Assembly (NCBI GenBank): GCA_048882045.1
Contig: JBHLRZ010000002.1
Span: 96,001 to 160,000 of the forward strand
Length of the DNA: 64,000 bases
From: Candidatus Thorarchaeota archaeon
Lineage (GTDB): Archaea > Asgardarchaeota > Thorarchaeia > Thorarchaeales > Thorarchaeaceae
Reading direction: 5' to 3'
Both the position numbers and the translations under genes were made by a program. Each line of letters begins with the position of its first letter. Position 1 is the stretch's first letter. The notes below the pieces were generated by a model. That model did no database searches, was not told the origin of the DNA, and saw nothing but the letters and a program-made list of their open reading frames with translations. Shown in pieces: positions 10,498-19,030 of the stretch.

Positions 10498-11318
10498 ATA
10501 TTGAGAAACTGATGGGCAATCAGGTGTCCTTACAGGTTTTCAATGTACTCAAAGAAACAGAAAGATCTCGGACGATTAAAGTGAAGATATCAAACCCAGA
10601 GTTTGAAGTAGCACCTGGTCAGTTCTTTATGGTATGGATCGCTGGAGTCGACGAGATTCCAATGAGCATCTCTTTCTGGGACCGACCAAACCTGGGAATC
10701 ACAGTACTTCCAGTCGGTGAAGCCACATCAGCACTAGCATCACTCAAAGAAAGAGATTGGATTGGACTGAGAGGACCTTTTGGGTCGTCATTTGATCTGA
10801 ACTCGAAGAAAGCCCTGGTGGTAGGCGGAGGCATTGGAATGGCGCCTTTGAGACCGTTAGTCTACAATCTACTCGAGAGGAAATCCAGTGTCACACTTTT
10901 GATTGCATCTAAGACCAAACAAGAGTTAGTATTTTTTGATGAGTTCACCAGACTTTCTGATAAGAGATTCACGCTGAAGGTATCGACTGATGATGGGTCT
11001 CTAGGGTTCAAGGGATTTGCAACAGAAGCTGTTCGTGAAGAATTAAACATCCAAGACTTTGACACTGTGTATACTTGTGGCCCTGAACTAATGATGTTTG
11101 GACTCTTTGAACAGACCAAGAATCAAAAGGTTGGATTTCAAGCATCTCTCGAACGGTTCATGAAGTGTGGGTGCGGTATCTGTGGGACTTGTGCCATGGA
11201 CCCAACCGGTACACTGGTCTGTGTTGAAGGACCTGTGTATTCCAAGGAACAACTTTCTGAAATCACAGAGTTTGGTAAGTACCATCGAGATTCAATGGGA
11301 CTGAAGAAAGAGTTGTAG
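10494..11318 (+). CDS. pyrK: dihydroorotate dehydrogenase electron transfer subunit
   Basis: PGQFFMVW, RGPFG, GGGIGMAP, CGP, MKCGCGICGTC [2Fe-2S]. Confidence 0.93.
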   Translation: MNIEKLMGNQVSLQVFNVLKETERSRTIKVKISNPEFEVAPGQFFMVWIAGVDEIPMSISFWDRPNLGITVLPVGEATSALASLKERDWIGLRGPFGSSFDLNSKKALVVGGGIGMAPLRPLVYNLLERKSSVTLLIASKTKQELVFFDEFTRLSDKRFTLKVSTDDGSLGFKGFATEAVREELNIQDFDTVYTCGPELMMFGLFEQTKNQKVGFQASLERFMKCGCGICGTCAMDPTGTLVCVEGPVYSKEQLSEITEFGKYHRDSMGLKKEL

Positions 11319-11324
11319 GTTATG

Positions 11325-11461
11325 TGGTGGGGCGAGTGAGATTTGAACTCACGATCGACGAGTTTCGCCGACTGACGACGGTCATGTTGACCCGTTAGTT
11401 TTGGATGCGAAGTGCATCCAGATCTGGAGCCCGTCGCCATACCGGACTAGGCCACCGCCCC
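11325..11461 (-). tRNA. trnW: tRNA-Trp(CCA) with ~60-nt intron at 37/38 (11364-11423); CCA encoded
   Basis: Reverse strand GGGGCGG..., ACGGG-CT-CCA-G|intron|A-CTCGT, GTGAG-TTCAAAT-CTCAC, TCGCCCC-A-CCA. Confidence 0.93.
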
Positions 11462-11896
11462 GTGTTGAGAGTCACCACAGGTGAACGGGATAAGAACTTT
11501 TCGTCAAAAAACTGGAATCGGATAGGCGGAATATGGGCTAGGTATTTGAAAGGAGTTTGGGCTGACGCTAATAAGGAGCACTAAAGCACGGAACCAATAT
11601 CACCCATATTTGCAAAGATTTCTCATTTTCAAAAGGTCAAACTATCACTTTCACATCTTGTATCCAGATAATTCGTTTTCACTTACATAGAATCAAGTGA
11701 TTGAAAAATGAATAGACCAGAAAGCGCAGGAATACCAGAGCCGTGGTAGGTTCGATGGAATTTCAATAGGTAAATGACGTCGTCCCTCTTTGAGGACGAC
11801 ACTCAGTTATTTTTCATCAATTCAAACTTGATAGTTTGAAAGCAATTCTAAAATACACTTAGTCATGTTTCTTAGTGTGCTTCTTGGGAGTCACTG

Positions 11897-13885
11897 TTGA
11901 TGTCGAATATTGACATAGTCGTAGATACTTGGATTACTTCAGACGAGGTGAAAAAAGGCACTCTCAATGTCAAAGACGGTGAAGTAAAAGTAGTCTTAGA
12001 TTCAGGGAAAGTGATTTCTGGCAAGAATAAGCCCAACATCACATATTCATTATTGAATTACTCCGGTGGACCACTCAATAGAATATTTCTAAATCCAATT
12101 CTAGTAACCGAGTTGTCCTACTCGGCTGACATCGGACAAGTCGCAGAGGACATCTTCCCTCCATCTTCAGGAGGGTTCTATGGACGAATTCGATCGGGTA
12201 AGGAAAAGGCTGTTTTCATCATTCAGAAGATAGTCCATGACACAAGACTTTGGCTCATCATTGGAAACTCTCAAACGGGTAAGATATTCGAAACCCAGAT
12301 TATTCAGCCATATGAAGCGGAAGCACTTGGATTGACTGATGATCAAGAGATACTAGAATCGTGGGATAACGAGTTATGGTCCGACAAAAGAAACTTGTTG
12401 GAAAGAGAGATTCTCAACATTCTTGATGAACCTTCTCCCCATTGGGATATTATTTCAAAACTCTTTGTAGGAGCAGATGTTTCTGATGATCTAGTAAGGG
12501 AAAAAACTATACAAGAAACACTAACTCAACTGGTACCTGACTCCTTCCCTGAAAATGCACGTGTCCATCTAATGGCATTTCTAGCTTATGTCATGATGGA
12601 CAGAATAGAGATTGAAGATCTTCTTGATCCTTCTTCTCATCTTTATGCAGCTCCAATGTTTAGCGCACTAATCCAAGGGCACCTTAGATCCAAGGTTGAC
12701 AATATCAAATGGCCTCCCTATTTGGACCTTATTCAACAATCAGCAAGTGGACAGATTGGACAACCTAAGAGGACACTGCCAGAAACAGCAGACAGTTCCT
12801 TGAGGGTATTGTGGCAGAAGATGATTGAGTCATTTCCCAAGTGGTTTGGAACTGCAATTAGTAGTGCACAGGAATTGAATGAAGCAAACAAAGTAAGGCT
12901 TCGACTACCAATCACGAAATATCAGGCAATGAAATCAAAGCGATTGATGAAGAAACGAATAGCAGCAATGACCTATGGGTTGAGAGTTGGAGGTCACGTC
13001 AATCCAAAAACCATTGGACTGTCAGAACTTGTTTATGTTGGCGTGGCATATAGATGGCCTCACCGACATATGAGGTACATTACTCGCTTGGGAGAAGTGA
13101 GTGATAATCCACCGCATCTACAGGTTATTACCGCACCCCCTTCTGCTGTAGAGCGAATTATTAGAACACTCCCAACTTGTATCAAAATTGCGTGGTCAAA
13201 ACGTGCTGTTAATCTCACACTTTATGACATTGAATCGGATAGTTGGAACATACCCATTGAAAAGATATTGACTTCAGCTAATGAACCGTTATCACAGCGA
13301 AGAATTGTTAGACGGTTCGGTAGCGTTGTTAGCCCGAAAATTCATCAAGTGACTTCTGTTGAAACCAAAGTATTGGGGATCGCGTCTAGTTTGGTGAATC
13401 TTGAAGATTTCGAATTTCCAGGATATTTCAATTATTGGGATTTGACAAGAAAGAATGTTTCTTCAATCATCATGAAATTGCAAAAAGAAGGAGTTCTTGA
13501 CATATCCTATGAGGTTGCTGATCCACGTCTTGTATCACTGGCAACAATCATCCAAGGAAACAACGAGCAAGTCACATCAATAGTGAATGCTCTGCTAAGT
13601 TATGCACCTACCTCTGTAGCTATGTTGAACGAGCAGTTTGACACTGGGGTGGTAATGTCCAAGTTTCCTGAAGACATAGCCTATATTTTGGCTTCCAAAT
13701 TGACCCAATTAGGATTGGAGGCGAAATTAGGAATAAGATGTATGAGACCGCGGACATTCCGTAGTTACACTTCAACACTCTATCATCGTCTTCTTCAACC
13801 AGATAGTACATGGGACGACGATGTGAGTGCCTTTCTCTCACAGGCTAGATCAAAGAGAAGAGAGCTGTCAGAGAGTAATGCTTAA
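11897..13885 (+). CDS. large hypothetical protein, possible C-terminal wHTH/Lrp-like region
   Basis: 662 aa; LTRKNVSSIIMKLQKEGVL resembles a wHTH; looks more AT-rich than its neighbours. Confidence 0.6.
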   Translation: MMSNIDIVVDTWITSDEVKKGTLNVKDGEVKVVLDSGKVISGKNKPNITYSLLNYSGGPLNRIFLNPILVTELSYSADIGQVAEDIFPPSSGGFYGRIRSGKEKAVFIIQKIVHDTRLWLIIGNSQTGKIFETQIIQPYEAEALGLTDDQEILESWDNELWSDKRNLLEREILNILDEPSPHWDIISKLFVGADVSDDLVREKTIQETLTQLVPDSFPENARVHLMAFLAYVMMDRIEIEDLLDPSSHLYAAPMFSALIQGHLRSKVDNIKWPPYLDLIQQSASGQIGQPKRTLPETADSSLRVLWQKMIESFPKWFGTAISSAQELNEANKVRLRLPITKYQAMKSKRLMKKRIAAMTYGLRVGGHVNPKTIGLSELVYVGVAYRWPHRHMRYITRLGEVSDNPPHLQVITAPPSAVERIIRTLPTCIKIAWSKRAVNLTLYDIESDSWNIPIEKILTSANEPLSQRRIVRRFGSVVSPKIHQVTSVETKVLGIASSLVNLEDFEFPGYFNYWDLTRKNVSSIIMKLQKEGVLDISYEVADPRLVSLATIIQGNNEQVTSIVNALLSYAPTSVAMLNEQFDTGVVMSKFPEDIAYILASKLTQLGLEAKLGIRCMRPRTFRSYTSTLYHRLLQPDSTWDDDVSAFLSQARSKRRELSESNA

Positions 13886-13910
13886 AACCAAACGGGAAGA
13901 CCCAACGTCT

Positions 13911-14030
13911 TGATGGCGGCCATAGGGAGCCGGGAAACACCTGAACTCGGCCGAACTCAGCAGTTAAGACGGCTCTCGTTCAAGGAAATGTGCGCTGCGC
14001 GAGCGCGTGACAAGCCTTGAAGCTGCCACA
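13911..14030 (+). rRNA. rrf: 5S rRNA (stand-alone)
   Basis: TGGCGGCCATAG...GGGAAACACC...CCGAAC...AGTTAAG; terminal helix TGGCGGC/GCTGCCA; TTAAAA ~25 nt upstream, pyrimidine tract downstream. Confidence 0.93.
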
Positions 14031-14103
14031 TTCTCCTTCTCTAATATCTTGTACAAAAATGTAGAGATGGAAGTCATTAAAAGAACAACGACAGAAACCG
14101 AGC

Positions 14104-15231
14104 TTGATATTGATGCAGCTAGGAGAAACAAGCGAATTAGGTGTACTGATCAACATCGGATTCTTTGCATTCATTATACTCTTCAGTCTCTATGGAGCAA
14201 AGTTCCAGATCTGGCAGTACCTGAAACAGATTGAAGCAGGACTGCACGAGTTCAAGAAGATGTTCATAGAATCTCGACAGATTGCTATTGACTCTTTCAA
14301 GGAGTATGGCAGGTCTGAAGAGGAGGTCGCAAAGGATCTAGACCGTTGGATGGACTATTTCACCATCATGCCTGTGGACCTGGATCCTGCTGGTATCCTC
14401 AAGAGACTAGACCACCTTCTAGACGAACGGAGGGACAGGTTCCAAGAGTTCGTTGCAGAGGTTGCACCTGAGTCCAGTGTAGGGATGAATCAGAATTTGG
14501 AGAACACTCTTGAAGTAACTCAGGTTCTAGGGCTCATCTATAGGGTCGTTAGGCACTTCTATCTCTTGGGTAAGAAGACTGGCAGTCAGCTCATGATAAT
14601 GCAGGTCCAAATGCAACTACCAGACTTATTGAGGCTAGCCAAGGCATACTTTGATGCTATCAGTGCTTTCGCTGATGGAAAGCCTATTGGAGATGGCATT
14701 GGCCCCCTCGTTGTTACCAAGTTTGCTAGAGAGTATGGAGCAACACCTGAGAGCTATAATCACGAGATATCTCGTGAAGTGGGGTACTACAAGGTCGAAG
14801 CCGAGGGTAGAACAGTCTACGCCATGAGGGCTACCGGTCCTGGAGGTACAGTAGGAAAGCCAGGAGCGGCGGTCAAGAAACTTGTTGACAAGTATGGCGA
14901 CAAGGTCACCCGAATTATCACAATCGATGCTGCATTGAAACTTGAGGGTGAAGAGCTCGGACGAGTATCTGAGGGGACTGGAGCGGCTATAGGTGACCTA
15001 GGTCCAGAGAAACACGCTATGGAGCAGTCTGCGACAGAGCGTGAAATTGGCATTGAAGCAATCGTCATCAAGGAAGATGAAGCTGCTGCAGTAGGTATAA
15101 TGGACAAACGCATCCTTGATTCTGTCCCTGAAGTGATAGAGCGAATCAAAGCATCAATCCTCAAACGTACAAAGCCTGGAGATAGTGTCATCCTCGCTGG
15201 GATTGGAAACACAATAGGCATTGGTCTGTGA
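14104..15231 (+). CDS. DUF1512 family protein
   Basis: N-terminal TM, PVDLDPAG, PIGDGIGP, GPGGTVGKPG, IDAALKLEGE, GIGNTIGIG. Confidence 0.85.
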   Translation: MILMQLGETSELGVLINIGFFAFIILFSLYGAKFQIWQYLKQIEAGLHEFKKMFIESRQIAIDSFKEYGRSEEEVAKDLDRWMDYFTIMPVDLDPAGILKRLDHLLDERRDRFQEFVAEVAPESSVGMNQNLENTLEVTQVLGLIYRVVRHFYLLGKKTGSQLMIMQVQMQLPDLLRLAKAYFDAISAFADGKPIGDGIGPLVVTKFAREYGATPESYNHEISREVGYYKVEAEGRTVYAMRATGPGGTVGKPGAAVKKLVDKYGDKVTRIITIDAALKLEGEELGRVSEGTGAAIGDLGPEKHAMEQSATEREIGIEAIVIKEDEAAAVGIMDKRILDSVPEVIERIKASILKRTKPGDSVILAGIGNTIGIGL

Positions 15232-15241
15232 GGTGCACTAG

Positions 15242-15607
15242 ATGGGAATAGCAGGAAGAATTTTTGGACTAGCATTGGCTGCCAGTGGATTCTTTATTCT
15301 ATGGTTTGGAATGGGTTCTCCCGCAGATCCTCTCTCCTATGTCTACTCGTTTATCGGAATGATTGTCATGGCCATGGGATTTGCCTTTTTGACTTCAGGA
15401 AGCAAGAAAGACGAGAAGAAACCTCCACCACCGACTGTGACCGAGATCAGATGTAATAGCTGTGACTTCAAGGAGATTCGTGATTTTCAAAAGGGGGACT
15501 ATGTTCTAAAACCAGTTGAAACCACATGTCCGAAATGTCAGAGTCCTATGACAATTGAAGGCGTGTACATCGTACGAGAAGAGCCGGACGAAAAAGACAG
15601 AATCTAG
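15242..15607 (+). CDS. small membrane protein with Zn ribbon
   Basis: Two TM helices, CNSC...CPKC, RDFQKGDYV. Confidence 0.75.
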   Translation: MGIAGRIFGLALAASGFFILWFGMGSPADPLSYVYSFIGMIVMAMGFAFLTSGSKKDEKKPPPPTVTEIRCNSCDFKEIRDFQKGDYVLKPVETTCPKCQSPMTIEGVYIVREEPDEKDRI

Positions 15608-16503
15608 TCTGATTTGGTAAGAATGATAGGACCGTCCTCTGAGATATAGACTGTGTGTTCGGTCTGACTTACAGGGCGGTTTTTCTTCTCTATCTGAATT
15701 GGATATCCACGAATCACTTGTTCTTTAAGCAATTTTTTGATCTCTTCTACTACATCGATGTCTTTGCTTCCTGTACCAATCCAGCGTAATGCAAAGGGAT
15801 AGGGTCCATATTTCTCACGAAGATATTTTCTTAGTTTCTCAGTGGTACCTTCGAGTTGTTTGTCCAATCCAGTATTTGCAAATATGTAGACATACTCACT
15901 ATCAATCACTGTTCCTGTACCACTAGTTGCAAAGGGTTCGACTGCATAGTACTCTCCCACTTCGATGGTATCTTTGGTTTTCTTTCTAACATTCGGAACG
16001 ATTTTCCCAGCATGAAGTCGATCCCTCCTCAGTTCATGTCCAGATAGGTTTTTGATAGGTCTGAGACCGTATTCCTTAATCACCTGTTCAATTCTTTTAC
16101 CCACATCACCAAGATTGGTTTCTGGCCGCATTATTTCAATGGCTTCTGTTAGGGCGTCTTCCGTGGATGCTACAAAACCCTCAAGTGTTTCGTCAATATC
16201 AACCGTGGAGGCTGTATCTGCGATGTATCCATCTACGACAACTCCCACATCCAGCTTCACCAGTCCAAACTCCGGAATCTCACTTTTGTCACCGCGCGGA
16301 GATGTACTATGAGCAGCAATATGATTGATTGAAACATTGAGAGGAAAAGCTGGTTGTCCTCCATACTTCTTTATCTTACTCTCCGCAAGTGCACAGATCT
16401 TAATGATTCTCTTTCCAGGCTCAATTTCTTCACGTATCTCACTCAGTACTCGTGCTGCTATCTTTCCTGATTTAATGGCTGAAGGATTTGGCTGGTCAGA
16501 CAC
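15604..16503 (-). CDS. map: type II methionine aminopeptidase (paralog 1)
   Basis: AFP, AAH, KLD...DGYIADTA, SGH, LHAG, EPF, EHT. Confidence 0.92.
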   Translation of the reverse strand: MSDQPNPSAIKSGKIAARVLSEIREEIEPGKRIIKICALAESKIKKYGGQPAFPLNVSINHIAAHSTSPRGDKSEIPEFGLVKLDVGVVVDGYIADTASTVDIDETLEGFVASTEDALTEAIEIMRPETNLGDVGKRIEQVIKEYGLRPIKNLSGHELRRDRLHAGKIVPNVRKKTKDTIEVGEYYAVEPFATSGTGTVIDSEYVYIFANTGLDKQLEGTTEKLRKYLREKYGPYPFALRWIGTGSKDIDVVEEIKKLLKEQVIRGYPIQIEKKNRPVSQTEHTVYISEDGPIILTKSD

Positions 16504-16556
16504 AGTACCACCTAGTACAAAAAATGGCTAGCCACTCTTAAGCGGTTCCATGCACG

Positions 16557-17474
16557 CTAAGAGAGTTCATCGTCACGTCTGGTGGACACAATCGCTCCAT
16601 TCTCTCCAACAAATATACTATGTTCGAATTGGGATACGATACCATTCTTTCCTTCGTATAGAACAGAGTATCCATGAATTGCTCCAGCCCGCTGAAGACT
16701 TTGGATTGCAGAGTCAACATCGATTTCACCACTCTTCGAGTGAATCCATCTTGATGCCCAAGGAAGACTTCCAAACTTACTTCGTGCGATATTTCTTACA
16801 CGAAGAGTATGATCATCAAGCTTCTTGTTGTTCCTCAGGTCGTTGGAGAAGATGTATGCTCTTGGTCCACTCCTAATCGTTCCATTCCCATTTGTAGCAA
16901 AGGGTTCAATCGCAAAGGTCTCTCCAAGACGCATCTTTCCAGTCAGTTTCATTCCGATGTTTGGCACGTTCTTTCCTGCATGGAGAGTCCAGGGTTTTAG
17001 TTGGTGTCCTGTGAGCTGATGGACAGGTTTCAGACCGTATCCCTTGATTGTTCGCTCAATCTCTCTTCCCACATCTCCCAGTGAGATATCTGGAACTATC
17101 ACATCAATTGCAGCATCCAAGGCATCTCTGGCGGCCCCGATGTAGTTCTCATAAGAACCATCAAGGTCTACGGTGATTGCTGTATCTGAAATATGACCAT
17201 TCACATGAGCACCAATGTCAATCTTTACAAGACCCTTGTCAGGGAATACTTTGGAATCATTATGGGGGCTTGTGTAATGTGCCGCTTCATTATCAATAGA
17301 GATGTTTGTAGGGAACGCAATCCCTGTTGCACCAAACTCGAGTATCTTCTTTTCTGTGAGCTTGCAGATTTTCAGCACTTTTACTCCAGATTTAACCTCG
17401 TCCTCAATATAGCTCAATACTTGAGCAGCAATATTGCCTGCCCTCATGAAGTCTGGATGAGGCTTTGTTTCCAT
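16557..17474 (-). CDS. map: type II methionine aminopeptidase (paralog 2)
   Basis: AFP, AAHYT, KIDIGAH..GHISDTA, TGH, LHAG, EPF, QFEHS. Confidence 0.92.
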   Translation of the reverse strand: METKPHPDFMRAGNIAAQVLSYIEDEVKSGVKVLKICKLTEKKILEFGATGIAFPTNISIDNEAAHYTSPHNDSKVFPDKGLVKIDIGAHVNGHISDTAITVDLDGSYENYIGAARDALDAAIDVIVPDISLGDVGREIERTIKGYGLKPVHQLTGHQLKPWTLHAGKNVPNIGMKLTGKMRLGETFAIEPFATNGNGTIRSGPRAYIFSNDLRNNKKLDDHTLRVRNIARSKFGSLPWASRWIHSKSGEIDVDSAIQSLQRAGAIHGYSVLYEGKNGIVSQFEHSIFVGENGAIVSTRRDDELS

Positions 17475-17590
17475 GAATTGTCACTATCTAACTCGGTTCC
17501 TCTATGATGTATTAACTTTCAGATTGAGCATGATTTGAGGAAAAAAGATAGAAGTTGAAAAGACAGACAGAAAACCGGAGATACTGAATC

Positions 17591-18262
17591 ATGAAGGTCA
17601 CTTACTTAGGACATGCATCTTTCAAGATTGAAGAGGATGGAATAATCGTCTACGTGGACCCCTGGCTTCAGGGTCCTACTTCACCAATCACAATAGACGA
17701 TGTTGACAAAGCCGACATTGTATTGGTCACTCACGATCACGCTGACCATGGGTTTGTGGAAGGACGGGATATATGCAAGAAAACTGGAGCTATCTTCGTA
17801 GCCATGAATGAACTTGCAATCAAGGCCGGAGATCAAGGTGTAAAGAACATCCACACACTCAACATTGGTGGAAGTGTAGATATTGGAGGAGTGGTTGTGA
17901 CCCTCGTCCAAGCATTTCACTCATCGGGAGTAGGAGCACCCACAGGATTCATTGTGCGGTTTCCAAGTGGTTCATTCTATCATCCAGGAGATACTGGAGT
18001 CTTTGCCTCTATGAGTTTGTTCGCAGAATTATACTCTCCCCTCGACTTGTTTTTTGCTCCCATAGGATCATTTTACACCATGGATGCACATCAAGCAGCA
18101 CTTGCAGTAAAGTTGCTAAAACCTAGCAACGTCATCCCCATGCATTACAATACATTTCCTGTAATAGAAACGAATCCAGAGAAGTTCAAGGCCCTTGTAT
18201 CAGAAACAAGTCCACAAACAAACGTGATGATCATCAAACCTGGAGAATCAACAGAGATCTAG
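17591..18262 (+). CDS. metallo-beta-lactamase-fold hydrolase (UPF0173/UlaG-like)
   Basis: YLGHA, THDHADH, AFHS, HPGDT, PMHYNTF. Confidence 0.9.
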   Translation: MKVTYLGHASFKIEEDGIIVYVDPWLQGPTSPITIDDVDKADIVLVTHDHADHGFVEGRDICKKTGAIFVAMNELAIKAGDQGVKNIHTLNIGGSVDIGGVVVTLVQAFHSSGVGAPTGFIVRFPSGSFYHPGDTGVFASMSLFAELYSPLDLFFAPIGSFYTMDAHQAALAVKLLKPSNVIPMHYNTFPVIETNPEKFKALVSETSPQTNVMIIKPGESTEI

Positions 18263-18268
18263 AAGAAA

Positions 18269-19005
18269 TGGTGGTTGGTGCCTGTCACCCTGCACACTAA
18301 CTCCCAGCATCACAGCATCAGAGATTACCTCTGGCTCCACTGAGCTGTCTCGTGTCGGGATTTCTGGCACCAACCGGCCCGCCAATGTACGAAACCGGGG
18401 TGACCCGCTCTTCATCTAAAGGACAAACATCCCTATCAAGCGAGTCCGTTATGGCTCATCCTATTGGTGTTTGGCAGGCAAACATTCAGGATGTGACCCG
18501 CCCTATGCGCAACACATCATTGGAAAGACCTCAGTGCGCCCTCGTGAACGGGACAAATTGTTCCTGAACAAGAGAATCTGAATTTCTATTGTTATTAGGA
18601 TTACCACTTGGCGCGAATCCGCATCTTTCAAGTGGTTCTTTAGTACATCAGAGGACAGACTATATGGTGATAGCGACATCTTCAAATACACTCGGGAAAC
18701 AGCCCCAATGTACAGCATGGAGGGTATAACCCATTCATGCTCTGCAAATCATCATATAATCACATCACAGCGCCACGTGGACCCCGGCTATGGACCAAAA
18801 GAATAGTCGGTGAAACACTGCGCAAAGTCTTAGGACGATTATCATTCACAGGATCATCATCACGATTATCATAGCATATGTTCGGGCATGGGTTAGAGTA
18901 GTATCAAATGAGGATTTATTCCAATCACAGTCAAGAGGCATAGGCCAGTCCGTGACAAGACGCAGAAGGACATCACCTCGGTCTATACACGAGGGTACGT
19001 GGTAG
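18269..19005. ncRNA. candidate structured non-coding RNA(s) or long dnaG leader
   Basis: No credible CDS; successive inverted repeats; the minus strand ends in a 10-bp stem plus ACCA and a T-rich tract. Confidence 0.4.
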
Positions 19006-19030
19006 CATGAAATAGGAGACGTGTATAGAA

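Noticed and set aside
16519-16533. AAAAATGGCTAGCC as another copy of the tRNA-end repeat
   Set aside because: Short partial match, far from the tRNA and lacking the GCGGGT core; probably chance.
18263-19005. SRP RNA, RNase P RNA or a canonical tRNA
   Set aside because: No helix-8 motif, no CR-I/CR-V and no ordered cloverleaf found by eye; kept only as an unknown RNA candidate.
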